A DNA stretch of 64,000 nucleotides from a bacterium (GTDB lineage Bacteria; UBA8248), in the NCBI GenBank assembly GCA_965207065.1, contig OZ242260.1, positions 64,001 through 128,000 on the forward strand, read 5' to 3'. Below the pieces are notes generated by a model that searched no databases, was not told the origin of the DNA, and saw only the letters and a list, made by a program, of their open reading frames with translations. Each line of letters begins with the position of its first letter. Within the stretch, counting starts at the first letter, position 1. Of the stretch, positions 10,332 through 21,170 are shown piece by piece. The translations under genes were made by a program, and so were the position numbers.

Positions 10332-10679
10332 ATGACAAACCCGAAACCATCCGCTGCGGCGCACTTGTTCGTCCTGGCGGGACCCGCTCTCGCGCTGCTC
10401 CTCACCCTTATCGCCATAAGCGGCGGGATGGGCGTCCGCTTCATCTCCGCGGCCTGGCTCCTCGCCGCGCTCTGGACCATCGTCACCGCGCTCTCGGGCG
10501 CCCTGTGGCGGGCGTACCGCGGCGACCGGTCCGCCTTCACCGCCTACACCCTCCCCGAGAAGAACGAGGATCGCTTCGATTGGGAGACCCGCACGGGGCG
10601 TTACTCCTGGCGGCGTGATTACGAGGAGGGCGAGATGTACGATGATGATTATCCCTACGGTCACGGCCCCTTCGCCTGA
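10332..10679 (+). CDS. Small membrane protein, unknown function
   Basis: RBS GGAGG; two hydrophobic segments and an acidic tail. Confidence 0.6.
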   Translation: MTNPKPSAAAHLFVLAGPALALLLTLIAISGGMGVRFISAAWLLAALWTIVTALSGALWRAYRGDRSAFTAYTLPEKNEDRFDWETRTGRYSWRRDYEEGEMYDDDYPYGHGPFA

Positions 10680-11078
10680 GCGCGCGATGAACTCCGCTCT
10701 CTCCCGCTCATGCGGCGGCGCGCGCCCCGTATCCCGGCATACCCCCCTGGTTGTTCGCCGCGGCGTCCGGTCCTCTTCACGGACGCCCATATTATCCGAA
10801 ATCAATCCGCGCGCAAGGAAATTTTGTAGCGGATTTCCTGCGCCTTGCCGCCGTACGCGCTCACGTCCACCACCCACAGCGCCGGGGTTTGATAAAAAAA
10901 TCCGAAATGAATGCGCGTAGAGCGGCCGCATCCCTCTCTTCCTCCACAGGCGCGCCCCGCCCCGCCGGGAGGCGGAGCCGGGCCGGGAGGGGGCGGCGGA
11001 AGGGGTCCGGGAGGGAGGCTCTCCCGGTCGAGGTTTACTTCCGCCGCCATCACCCACCCACTCCAAGGAGGCCGCGCG

Positions 11079-11381
11079 ATGCGTAAACCCAAACCCGAAG
11101 CGAACACCTTCCTCATCCATCTTCTGGGCCCTGGCCTGGCCGACGAGCGATACGAGGTCAAACGCTATAAAGCCACGGGAGAGGGCGACATCAGGCCCGC
11201 GCCCTTTCCCGAGAGCGGGAAGCCCAGGAGGAGGCGCGTGACCGCCTCGCGCCGTATTGTCAGGGAGATGCGTCCCGCACGTGACGAGCTCATCGTCTGT
11301 ACGGGGATCAAGGTCCCCGGGAGCGGACTGCAGCTCTGGGGCGAACACCTCGTCTGGGGCCGGATGATGAGCAGGGGATGA
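11079..11381 (+). CDS. Hypothetical protein
   Basis: RBS AAGGAGG before ATG 11079. Confidence 0.5.
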   Translation: MRKPKPEANTFLIHLLGPGLADERYEVKRYKATGEGDIRPAPFPESGKPRRRRVTASRRIVREMRPARDELIVCTGIKVPGSGLQLWGEHLVWGRMMSRG

Positions 11382-11471
11382 AGTCCCTCCTGGGAAGCAT
11401 TTCCGCCCGCAAGACATCTCGCCGGCCCACTGCCGTCCGTGCGGACTCCAGTCGCCGGAAGGAGGGAAACC

Positions 11472-12281
11472 ATGCCCCATAAGGACCCGGAGAAGCGACG
11501 CGCTTATGATCGCAAACGCCACAGGCGGAGAGCGGACGAACGCCGCGCGCGGAATTTATGTCCAAAATGCGGCCGGGATTATCCCGCGCCCGGGCGAAGC
11601 CACTGCGAATCCTGCCTCGCGAGAAACCGGGCCGCCGAACGCGCCCGGTACGCCAAAGCCCGGGGAGAGGGGGCTCGATACGGAGGACGCTCTCCAGAGA
11701 GCCGCCGCCGCATGGCGCGTGTGAGGGCGAGGAAGCGCCGGGACGATCGTCTCGAAGCCGGGCTCTGCACGACTTGCGGCGAACGAGAACCCGCCGAGGG
11801 CGCCACCGTCTGCGAAAATTGCAAGGATTCGCGCCGCGCGGCGGAGAAGAAGCTTTATGAAAAAAGGCGCGCCGGGGGACTTTGCGGAAGATGCGGAGGA
11901 GAGGTCCTCGCGGGGGCTTCGACGTGCGCCTCGTGCGCCGCAAGGGACGTGAAACGCCGACCGCGGAAGAACGCCGCGAGCCGGGCGCGCTATCGCGAAA
12001 GACGCGCCCGCGAGATCTGCGTGGACTGCTCATCCGACACACAAGGAGCATCGAGGTGCGCACCGTGCGCACGACGATCATACCACTCCTCCGGCGAGCA
12101 CAGGGGGATGCCGGTCTTTCCGGCGCGGTTCACCGTGGTGGAACTCAATACGGGCGCAGAGCACGGCCCCCTCGACTCCTGGGAGGAGGTGGCCATGTGC
12201 CTCGCCTTCAAGAGGCTCTCCCGCGAGGAAGTGGAGGTGGTCGAGGACGCGCCCTTGATTTCCGGGCTCGCCGGGTGGTGA
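11472..12281 (+). CDS. Arg-rich protein with four CxxC..CxxC (Zn-finger-like) units
   Basis: CPKC/CESC, CTTC/CENC, CGRC/CASC, CVDC/CAPC; RBS GGAGG. Confidence 0.75.
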   Translation: MPHKDPEKRRAYDRKRHRRRADERRARNLCPKCGRDYPAPGRSHCESCLARNRAAERARYAKARGEGARYGGRSPESRRRMARVRARKRRDDRLEAGLCTTCGEREPAEGATVCENCKDSRRAAEKKLYEKRRAGGLCGRCGGEVLAGASTCASCAARDVKRRPRKNAASRARYRERRAREICVDCSSDTQGASRCAPCARRSYHSSGEHRGMPVFPARFTVVELNTGAEHGPLDSWEEVAMCLAFKRLSREEVEVVEDAPLISGLAGW

Positions 12282-12380
12282 GCGTCGCCTGAGCCGGCAC
12301 GGGTACGTACCGCCGGCGGACCGACGACGCAGGAGGGGGAGGGTTCGCCGCCTCCCTGCTCCGCAGCCGGCCCATCGACC

Positions 12381-12833
12381 TCAGGGCGTCTGCCGGAAGC
12401 GGCTTCGCCGGGGGGGAGTCTCCGATTCGCTCAACGCCCGGAGGAGGAACCTGCCGGGCGAACGCCCGCGCCATTCCCGAGGCAAGGCGAGTCCCGGGCC
12501 GCGGGGCCTTCGCTCGACCCGCCAGGCCGCCACCCATACCGGGAGAGAGACCAGGAGCGCCTGAACGCTTGAGGGGAGCGGACCGAAGAAGCCCGCGACT
12601 GCGGCGCCGCCGAGCGCGAGCCACGCCACCAGGGCGGGACCCGGATAGCCCGAGCGGGCGAGGCGCCTGCAGGCGAGCGCGAGCGGCAGGCCGCACGGCG
12701 CAACCGCCGCCAACTCCACGAGGGAGGCGGGCGCCATCATTCCGGACACGGACCCCGCGCGCAGAACCTCTTCCGCGATAATCCCTCCCGGCAGCCACAG
12801 CAGCGCCGGCAACCAGTATCTCAGACTTGCCAT
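12381..12833 (-). CDS. Hypothetical membrane protein
   Basis: RBS GAAGGAG; several hydrophobic helices. Confidence 0.55.
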   Translation of the reverse strand: MASLRYWLPALLWLPGGIIAEEVLRAGSVSGMMAPASLVELAAVAPCGLPLALACRRLARSGYPGPALVAWLALGGAAVAGFFGPLPSSVQALLVSLPVWVAAWRVERRPRGPGLALPREWRGRSPGRFLLRALSESETPPRRSRFRQTP

Positions 12834-13035
12834 GTTTTCTCCTTCCTCACGTCCGCGCGCCTTCTGACACGAATCCGCGGCAAAGGCAAGCCCCCTCCGC
12901 GAGTGGTTCCCGCCGGGTGAGAACCTCCTCCCGAGAGTGAGAGTGAAGCGGGGAGCCGGGCAAATGCCCGGCAGGGGAGAGGGAGACGGTCTCCAGCTCC
13001 CGCCGCCGGCGACAACCCCGAGAGGAGGCCTGGCC

Positions 13036-13170
13036 ATGTACGAGAACGACTACGACGTCGACGTTCCCACCGCGGACGAACTGCTCGCAGAACTCGGACT
13101 CGACGCCTACACGATCCGCAAGCTGCGCGACGAGGCGCAAGGCGAGGCGGAGGAGTTCTGTAGCGTGTAG
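13036..13170 (+). CDS. 44-aa acidic protein
   Basis: RBS GAGGAGG; MYENDYDVDVPTADELLAELGLDAY... Confidence 0.55.
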   Translation: MYENDYDVDVPTADELLAELGLDAYTIRKLRDEAQGEAEEFCSV

Positions 13171-13247
13171 GGCGAACCGGAGGGTAGAGAGAAAGGCTCT
13201 CTACCTCCCGTCACTTTTTCACACTCTCACCACGAAGGAGTACTACA

Positions 13248-13688
13248 ATGGCATTCGGACTGAACCGTGCGGAACTGATCGGGCGTCTCGGCGCCGACGT
13301 CACCATCAACCATCTCGCGAGCGGGGGGCGTGTCGCGAATCTTTCGATCGCCACGGATGAGGGGTACGTGGATCGACAATCGGGCAATCGAGTGGAAAAA
13401 GTCGAGTGGCACCGCGTAGTCACCTTCCAGCCGGGCCTCGTCGATATGTTCGAACGGCACGCGAAGAAGGGACGCCTGGTCTACGTCGCCGGCAAGCTCC
13501 AGACCCGCCGCTGGAAGAAGGACGAGGAGGATTCGGATCGCTTCTCCACCGAGATCCTCATCGCGCCCGGCGGGGTCGTGCAGTTCCTCGACAAGGCGAA
13601 CGGGAGCAGCAACGGAAACGGCGCGCACCCCGAGACGGCCGACGTGGCGGCGACCGCGGGCGTAGCCGGGCAGGAGATTCCATTCTGA
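13248..13688 (+). CDS. ssb: Single-stranded DNA-binding protein
   Basis: LNRAELIGRLGAD...EWHRVV...KKGRLVYVAGKLQTRRW; C-terminal EIPF. Confidence 0.95.
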   Translation: MAFGLNRAELIGRLGADVTINHLASGGRVANLSIATDEGYVDRQSGNRVEKVEWHRVVTFQPGLVDMFERHAKKGRLVYVAGKLQTRRWKKDEEDSDRFSTEILIAPGGVVQFLDKANGSSNGNGAHPETADVAATAGVAGQEIPF

Positions 13689-14287
13689 TCACCCCGGGGG
13701 TCGGCGCCACGCGCCGGCCCCTTCTTTTTTGCTCCGGATCCCGAGGAGGCCCATATGCCCCGAACACCCTCTCCCGCGTCTTTCCCGCCCTGCCGGCTCT
13801 CTCATCTACAGGGGGTCACCCGGGGAATCTCCGGTTCCGTGAACGGTAAACCATGTTCCCGGAAGATCGGCAGAAACGCTGCAATCATCCCGTATTCAAG
13901 ACAGTGGCTCAGTCTCCCCCCCGCTGCGGGAATTCCGGGCCGAATAACGGCCCGGAATGACCCTTTCCGCAGCATGAGAGATTGTTTCCCGATGAGCTTC
14001 GCCTTCATCGTGAAACACCAGAAGCTCTAGTGTCCCGGTGGCGGTCCTAGTGTCTCTCTCTTGGCGTCCTCATTTTAGCACGAACGCCGGGCGAATAAAG
14101 GGTGGCCGCAAGCGGCCATCATTTGCCGGTACCCCCCAAAAAACGATGAGGCGTGTTTTTCGGGAACCCCCCGGAAAATGACGAGCCCTTGATTCGCCCG
14201 CCTGCGGGCGCCGGATACCCGGCGCCCTTACGTGCTGAAAATGGGACGCCAAGAAGCGCATCCGTTAACTCTCTGGAGGAGAAAGGC

Positions 14288-14659
14288 ATGGATACCACCG
14301 TGGTGAACCTGAACGACTATGTCGCAGAAAACGACAGTGGCTTGCTGGTAAGGATCGACCGCAGGACGAAGTGGGGAAACCCCTTCCGGGTCGGCACCGA
14401 CGGCGACCGCGACGACGTCATCGAGAAATACCGGCGATGGCTGTGGGAGAAAATCCAGCGCGAGGAGCTGGACCTCCACGAACTCGCCGACCTCCAGGGC
14501 TGCGAACTCGGCTGCCACTGCCATCCCCTCCCCTGCCACGGCGACGTACTCGCGCGCGCCGCCGAGTGGGCAGCCAGGTATCTCGACGAGATGCCCAGGG
14601 AAGTGGGGCGCAACGAGCGTGGCTACGCTCTTCCCGAATTCAACCATCCCCTCGCTTGA
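14288..14659 (+). CDS. DUF4326-like protein
   Basis: IDRRTKWGNPF...LGCHCHPLPCHGDVL motif. Confidence 0.85.
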   Translation: MDTTVVNLNDYVAENDSGLLVRIDRRTKWGNPFRVGTDGDRDDVIEKYRRWLWEKIQREELDLHELADLQGCELGCHCHPLPCHGDVLARAAEWAARYLDEMPREVGRNERGYALPEFNHPLA

Positions 14660-14680
14660 GGACAACCAAAGGAGTGAACG

Positions 14681-15631
14681 ATGACTGCCACCACAACGCA
14701 CAAGGAGATGATCATGCACGAGTACGCAGAGGACGAGACTCAGAACGAATCTTTCACCGCCATGATCTGCGAGCAGGCCGCACTGTTCGGCGCAACTCCC
14801 GGGCCGGATGAGTTCGACAACCGCACCGTGTGGGACGTGACCGAGTCCACAGACGCCGTCCTGAGAGCCTTCCACCTTCTCGCGGAGGCAGCGCCTGACG
14901 GAACGCAACTCGCCGACGAACGCAGTAATCTTCTCTGGGGTTTCGTCAACGCCTTAGACGCCCAGGCGCAGCGACTCGACCGCGCCGCCGACAGGATCAT
15001 CCCGCAAGTCCGGGAACTCCAGCGCGAGCAGGACGGCTCCGAGATCCGCTCGCGTGAACTCGAACTCAAGATCGACCGCGCGCAGAATCTGAACGACCGA
15101 CGCGACGCCTTCGAGCAGATGAGAGACGCTGCCTCAGAGGCCTACCGCGACCTCACCGGCGAGGTATGGCGGCCCAGGCGGGGGTCGCACGTCTCACAGA
15201 CCGGCAAGCTCACCTCCGCCGTCATCGAGGCGCGAGACTTCCAGCGCGCCAGAAAGGACCGCGAGAACACGGCCCACCTCCCCCAGGGAACCCTCGTCGC
15301 CGTCGCGGGCGGCAAGGAGGCGAACGATGCGGGGAAAATCATCGCGCATCTCGACAAGGTCAAGGCCAAGTACGCCGACGTCGTTCTCGTCCACGGCGGC
15401 GGCCCGGGCGCCGAGAAAATCGCGGCGGGATGGGCCGAGCGCAACGGCATTCATCAGGTGGTATGCAAGCCCGACTGGGAGGCCCACGGCAGGGCGGCTC
15501 CCTTCAGGCGCAACGACGAACTCCTCAGCCTTCTCCCCAAGGGCGTGATCGCGTTCCCGGGCAGCGGCATCACGGACAATTTGATCGACAAAGCGCGGGC
15601 GCTCGGCATACCCGTAAAACAGGTCAGTTGA
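14681..15631 (+). CDS. DUF2493 (SLOG-like) domain protein typical of conjugative elements
   Basis: LVHGGGPGAEKIAAGWA...AAPFRRNDEL...IAFPGSGIT. Confidence 0.8.
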   Translation: MTATTTHKEMIMHEYAEDETQNESFTAMICEQAALFGATPGPDEFDNRTVWDVTESTDAVLRAFHLLAEAAPDGTQLADERSNLLWGFVNALDAQAQRLDRAADRIIPQVRELQREQDGSEIRSRELELKIDRAQNLNDRRDAFEQMRDAASEAYRDLTGEVWRPRRGSHVSQTGKLTSAVIEARDFQRARKDRENTAHLPQGTLVAVAGGKEANDAGKIIAHLDKVKAKYADVVLVHGGGPGAEKIAAGWAERNGIHQVVCKPDWEAHGRAAPFRRNDELLSLLPKGVIAFPGSGITDNLIDKARALGIPVKQVS

Positions 15632-16235
15632 TTGCAGCATCCGACGGGTCGCGTCGCCCGGCGGCGCGGCCCGTTTTTGTTCTCCTTCGTTAGCCGTCGC
15701 ACACGCCTCTCCTGTTTGCTCTTCTCATCTCCTCCCGCTCACTCGCCGCGGCTGCTCCCGCTCGCCATTCTCGCCGGCAAAAATTCCCCCGACTCGCATT
15801 CCCGAAGATCCCTGCGCTAGCCGCCCTTCGGCGCTTCTTTCAGCACACCGGACGCACCTCGGTGCAGGTGCAGGCCATGCGCGCCCCCGGCATGCAATCC
15901 CTTGCGCAAACGACGCCGAATCCCGCCTCCTTGATGCCGAAAAAAGTAATACCAATCCGGTAGCACCTGAACCCTTTGAAATTCCTGCACTTAAAGGTGT
16001 CGTATGCTCATTGTAACTCGGCGTAATATGGGGATTTCCTGCAGGATACCAAATTGGTAGTACTCAGACACGCGCTGCGCTATGATGAATACCGATTTGG
16101 TATTGCCAACTTCCGACATCGATTCGAGGACTTCCCGGTTCGCGGCAAGTGTATTCGGTGCAAGGAAACAGGAATCCCCCGCTCTTTTTGGACCGGAATC
16201 GATGAAAATCTTCACGAAAAGGAGCGGCGAAACGA

Positions 16236-16586
16236 ATGGCGCAGACGGCACAGACGGCACAGAAGAACATCCGCTTCACGTCCGAACAGTGGAAACGCGT
16301 CGAAAAAGAGGCCGAAAAGCGAGACATTTCGCCGAACCGGCTCGTGGTCGAGCTCACAATGGAGGGTCTGGAGCACCGGGAATGGCCGCGAACCAAAGCA
16401 GAAATCCATCTGTTACGATCGGCAATGTTTGTCGCTCAAGCCATCATTCACGACATGGAAATGGCCGGACGCGAGGAGGAAATCGAGCAAATCAGCAGGA
16501 ACATCTCCGAAATCGCACCGGAATTGCCGGGTAATTCGGCAACTGAACCTTTGGATCAGGCAGTTACAAGAACCAACAATTCGTGA
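16236..16586 (+). CDS. Small putative ribbon-helix-helix DNA-binding protein
   Basis: KNIRFTSEQWKRVEKEA...SPNRLVVEL; paralog at ~56742-57110. Confidence 0.6.
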   Translation: MAQTAQTAQKNIRFTSEQWKRVEKEAEKRDISPNRLVVELTMEGLEHREWPRTKAEIHLLRSAMFVAQAIIHDMEMAGREEEIEQISRNISEIAPELPGNSATEPLDQAVTRTNNS

Positions 16587-16679
16587 ATCGATATCCACCA
16601 TCTAGGTGTCAATTGCGCAACAAAACGGTTGGAAAGTTCAGTCTCGCTGGGTCTCAGCACAAAACGGACATCTTCCCGA

Positions 16680-16809
16680 ACCCCTTCGGCATCAGGCCAC
16701 GACTGAATACGCTCACTTGGCTGACAGCCACCTTGCCGATGCAGCGGAGAAGATCGGAAACACGGTTATCGCAACTGTGAAAAGACGCAGAACATCGGAC
16801 CCGCCATGA
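16680..16809 (+). pseudogene. C-terminal remnant of a tyrosine integrase
   Basis: HQATTEYAHLADSHLADAAEKIG resembles the ends of the integrases at 6328 and 7526. Confidence 0.55.
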
Positions 16810-17007
16810 CACACCTCTCGAACCCCCTCACTTATCCGGCAAATTGAACCCGTTTACGTCGTACCGAATCGGTAAAATCCCGTACTTCTTCCTGGTGCAA
16901 CAGGAGACTGAGGGTTGAGGACGCTCACGATAGCATAACCATTTAGCCAGGGAATCATCTGGCCTGATTCAAATGGCCATTTCGCCGTCAGGAGTAGGTA
17001 ATTTGAA

Positions 17008-18318
17008 TCATCGTGATTTCATCTCTCTCACAGAACGGACGAAATCGACATGTTTCGCGCGAGATTCCGCAGTCACGGGGATTTCGGTCGCCCTTATCTT
17101 GGTGCAGATCGTTTCCATCTCCTGGCGCGTCAAGTCCGGATACGATGAGCAATTACACGAGAAGGCGATGTAGCGGTGCAGGTCCGCCAAACCCATGCAA
17201 ATCACGCCTCGCATCCGCCATGTTTCATTCTGATTCGCAATCCTCTCGTGTTCATCAAACGGCAGGAATGCATCCGCCGTTTTCAGGTGTGCATCTCCTA
17301 CGAACGCCACGATTGGCCGAAGCAACCAACGATCAACGATGTTGAGTTTAAGAAGAGCCTTTGCGTGCCCCTCGTTTTGCAATAGCGGATTGTAAAACTT
17401 GAACTTATTCGACTTGATTCCAGCATTGCGAGACCGGCGGCCCGCCTTGAATAATTGCGTCCACTGCTTCTGGCCAGGCTTTCCAAATACCCACCCGTTT
17501 ATTTCTTTGGTCTCAATCAGAAATAAAGCACTTGGCGACACCAAGATATGGTCGATTTGCGTTGTCCCTTGTCCGGAAGGCAACATGACGTCATTGAGCA
17601 GCATCCAATCCCTGTAATGTCTCATCAACTCCCGACCGACTAAACGCTCGCCATCGTTAATCGGAGCTGCTGTCAAATCTCGTGTATGGCTGCCCTGAGT
17701 CCGGCGGCCTTCCTGCCCGTTTCTTTTATGTCCAAACCATCGATGAACCTCACGTCGGCGATCACGTCTGCCAGATGACGGAAGCCGCGTAGCAGGCGCC
17801 ACCGCTTCTCGGCGCTCACGGCGAGCTGATGCACGAGGCTCAGCGCCGTCTTCTCGCTCAGGCAGTTCCTGGTCTTCGCCGTTCGCAGCCGGATGGTGGC
17901 GAAGGTCGTCTCGATGGGGTTCATCGTCCGAAGGCTCTGCCGGTGCGCAGCCGGGAAGTCGTAGAATGCGAGTAGTTCCTCCCGACGGCGTTGGCTGAGG
18001 CGAATCAACTGTTGTGGTGCCGAGTTTCCGGCCGAGCAGATACAGAAGAAGCGCTAAAACGATAGCGCCCCCGCTCAAAACATCCAATGGCCCATCCACC
18101 ACGTCAGGGACTAATGTCGTCCAGGACACGGCACTCTCGGAAGCGGAAAATTCAGGCATATTTGCGTTGTAGACGACAATCTTCTGGCCAATATGCACCA
18201 AATCAGGATTTTCGATACGATTCCATCTCTGCAATGCGTCCACGCTGACGCCATAACGAGTCGCAATTTCGGAAAGCGTCTCTCCCGGTTCGACATGTGT
18301 CTCTATGATTTTGTTCAT
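17008..18318 (-). CDS. LysM-TM-NERD nuclease-related domain protein containing an in-frame IS256 remnant
   Basis: HVEPGETLSEIATRYGVSVDALQRWNRI (LysM); TQIDHILVSPSALFLIETK...NPLLQN (NERD). Confidence 0.75.
   Translation of the reverse strand: MNKIIETHVEPGETLSEIATRYGVSVDALQRWNRIENPDLVHIGQKIVVYNANMPEFSASESAVSWTTLVPDVVDGPLDVLSGGAIVLALLLYLLGRKLGTTTVDSPQPTPSGGTTRILRLPGCAPAEPSDDEPHRDDLRHHPAANGEDQELPEREDGAEPRASARRERREAVAPATRLPSSGRRDRRREVHRWFGHKRNGQEGRRTQGSHTRDLTAAPINDGERLVGRELMRHYRDWMLLNDVMLPSGQGTTQIDHILVSPSALFLIETKEINGWVFGKPGQKQWTQLFKAGRRSRNAGIKSNKFKFYNPLLQNEGHAKALLKLNIVDRWLLRPIVAFVGDAHLKTADAFLPFDEHERIANQNETWRMRGVICMGLADLHRYIAFSCNCSSYPDLTRQEMETICTKIRATEIPVTAESRAKHVDFVRSVREMKSR
17664..17985 (-). mobile_element. 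IS256-family 3' remnant with terminal sequence
   Basis: LLAFYDFPAAH..LRTMNPIETTFATIRLRT; ends in CATACACGAGATTTGACAGCAGCTC. Confidence 0.8.
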
Positions 18319-18724
18319 TTCGGAAACGGCATCCAGCCGACAATGTCTCTTGGGCCGGTGGTGAGGACCCATGTCTTCCCGGTTTGGTAGTCCGTCAGAA
18401 ATGTATTTCGAACTGCTAATCCTGAGGTGAATACAACAAACCTCGCTTCACGCGTACCGGATGTATCCGGTAGACCCAGCACGGGCATCTTCTGCCAAGT
18501 TACTTCGCCATTTCGTGCTTTCACTAACTGATCTACATTCCCTGTGTATCGGTCCAATCGCAACGTCCACCTCACCGCTAGGGGGGGCTGCACAATCGCA
18601 AATCGGCCCTCTCGCGGCAGTGGCGTGGATTGGTGGACTCTGGCCACATTAGAATGTGGCGATGCCGAGCCGGCTAGAAAAAAACTATGCAAATAATCAC
18701 TCCAACAGGTATACAACTGTGCAT
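18315..18724 (-). pseudogene. Exported hypothetical protein frameshifted in a T7 run within its signal peptide
   Basis: RBS AGGAG and ATG at 18724; one extra T restores MHSCIPVGVIICIVFFLAGSASP...; its stop overlaps the LysM gene start (ATGA). Confidence 0.55.
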
Positions 18725-19941
18725 CACTCCTACTCCAATTCGTTCGTCAGGTCATGGCAATATGCATTATTAGAAAAAATATCCCGCTTCAATTGTTGTC
18801 TACGAAAATAGTGTATTTTCTTGTCAATTCCAAGCAACGGTTTGTTTTTATATGCACAAGAAGCTCTTTATCGTCTTCATACGGAGGCAGTGAAAGGCAA
18901 CTTGGGGTTGGAGGGTAGGCATCTCACCATGACGAGTAAAGCGACATTGATCGTGGCCCGCCGTTGCCGTATGTGCGATCACGATGATGACCCCAACTGA
19001 TTTTCATCTATACTCCTCCCGGTTTTTGTGTTCTGGAATCATTCCACAATCGTGGAGCGAAGGCGACGGTGTGGTTCCGGTTCATACGGCCATGGTTTCA
19101 AGTCAATGGTAGGACGTTAAGACATATAATTGATTCGGCCCTATGAAACATTTCGATATACTCATATTCGTATAGGTCTTCAAGGATGTTTTCGACTCAC
19201 AGCTAAATGGTGTCAGCCAGTACATGAGCACAGACAAATCGTTGCGAACTGAATTTTGGAGAGCAGCCCGACAGGAACGTTCCAGGATACGCGACAGTTA
19301 TAATTTGCTCGCTTTCGAGTTGATTAAATTCTGCTGAAAGCAAACCTGAATCAAAATTCACAAAAAACAAAGGGCCAATTGGACGGTCAGGAAGTTGAAA
19401 ACGCATGTTTGGTGCTGGAGCCTCGTAGTGGCGGCGACGAGCTCGGCGATGATCTTGTCGAGTTGCTGGCCGCAATGGCCCTTGTATGCAACGCAATCCT
19501 GAAAATGCAGGAGCTCAATTACCCCCAGCACTCTGAACTCAGGAACGATCTGGGTGCATTCAGAATGATGCTTAAGCACTACGTCGAACTCGAAGATGAT
19601 AAAGACCAGGTGGAGTAAACACTCCACGCCCCCTCGGCACCATTATCTGGTTATCTTGACGTCTCCAGTACATGGCATACAATCCAGCCGAGGGAGAGCT
19701 TTATTGAGCCGTATGTTCTACTTCTACCGTGTGCAGCGAGCTGAGTCGAATCAACCGGGCGGTAGCCACCCCTCTAATAGGCGTGGAGGGGTTACGCTGA
19801 GGAGGCAATGATAGAGATGGCCGCATTCATCGTGGTTGTAGGGGACACGACGTGGCTATACCGAGGTGTATGGCCGCGCATGAGGGCGCGTAGTGTTCGC
19901 AAGTTTTTGAGGGACTTTCCTGACAGATAGGAGGATTGACG

Positions 19942-20874
19942 ATGCAGATAAGATCAAATTTTGTGATTTGCGCAAGAAATATCGTTAGTGAGCAAAGATG
20001 CTCTTACTTTGGGTCTGAGCCCCGAGAAACAACCTACTTGGAAGTTCCATTTACTGCAGAACCGCATCCAAGGAAACACCAACTTAAAAAAGAAACTTGG
20101 CTGAAACGATTGATGGATCGCGCGGGAACGGGAGATATATTGATATTCGCTCATGGCTACAATAATTCTCCTATGGATGCCATGATACGTCACGATCAAC
20201 TCCAAAACATACTGTTCAGAAATGGCTTCGATGGAGTAATCGTTAGTTTTGACTGGCCCAGCTTCCATTCTGCTATGAATTACGAGGAGGCCATTGAAGA
20301 TGCGTATACTACAGCAACAAAACTATGTGAAGATGGTATAGCGATCATTAAATCTGCTTGCAAACCTCCGTCAAAGATTCATCTGCTCGGACACTCATCC
20401 GGTTGCTATGTAATAAATCAGGCTTTTGTTCAAATAAGCGATGCGAACACTGAAATTGATTGTGATGTTGATCAAATCGCGCTTATGGCTGCAGATCTGC
20501 AGATAAAATACTTAGAAAAATTAACTCCTTTAGTGTCGGTGGCTAAGCGCATTACGAATTACCAAGCGCCTTATGACGGCGTATTGTTTGTCGGAGATAT
20601 GTTTTATCAACGTGAGGATTACAGGGTGGGTCTTTGGGGGCCATCTAAAAAAGTCGCCCCGAACGTGGTCAACGTAAATACGTTACAGCATTGGGATATG
20701 TTGGAAAAAGAAGATGATTCTGATGCGGCCACGGAAGGATCACATTCTTGGTATTTTGAAGATAACACACTTGGTGATGATTTGGTTCAAGTTTTGGAAG
20801 GGAAAGAGCGTCACTTCCACACTCGCACACATGATTTTGGGGAATTGTTTTTGACTAAAAAAAGACAGACTTAA
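19942..20874 (+). CDS. Alpha/beta hydrolase (DUF900-like), AT-rich cargo
   Basis: FAHGYNN, FDWPS, GHSSG nucleophile elbow, HSWY. Confidence 0.85.
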   Translation: MQIRSNFVICARNIVSEQRCSYFGSEPRETTYLEVPFTAEPHPRKHQLKKETWLKRLMDRAGTGDILIFAHGYNNSPMDAMIRHDQLQNILFRNGFDGVIVSFDWPSFHSAMNYEEAIEDAYTTATKLCEDGIAIIKSACKPPSKIHLLGHSSGCYVINQAFVQISDANTEIDCDVDQIALMAADLQIKYLEKLTPLVSVAKRITNYQAPYDGVLFVGDMFYQREDYRVGLWGPSKKVAPNVVNVNTLQHWDMLEKEDDSDAATEGSHSWYFEDNTLGDDLVQVLEGKERHFHTRTHDFGELFLTKKRQT

Positions 20875-20957
20875 TCACACTGATCGCCCAAAACGGAGGT
20901 TCAAGTCCTGTAGATGCTGGATAATTTCTTTTGGCGCATATCGGTTGAGGGCTTCAC

Positions 20958-21170
20958 CTAGACCAGCGATATCTGTCTCACCTCGTGACCTAACTTGCCG
21001 ATCTCGCGGCCCAAATAGTGTGTGCTTCCATTTGCCTCCATCGCAACCAAGCGTCGCAGTTGTGACACCAGATAACCCAGCACCTTCCCTTTCGTGAGTT
21101 TCTTTTGAAATGCGACCGAACCGTTCGACCTCGCGCCGTGGAGTTGAAATTCCTGTTTCGCCATAACAAC
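20958..21170 (-). pseudogene. IS110-family transposase N-terminal fragment
   Basis: AKQEFQLHG...VAMEANGSTHYLGREIGKLGHEVR. Confidence 0.8.
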
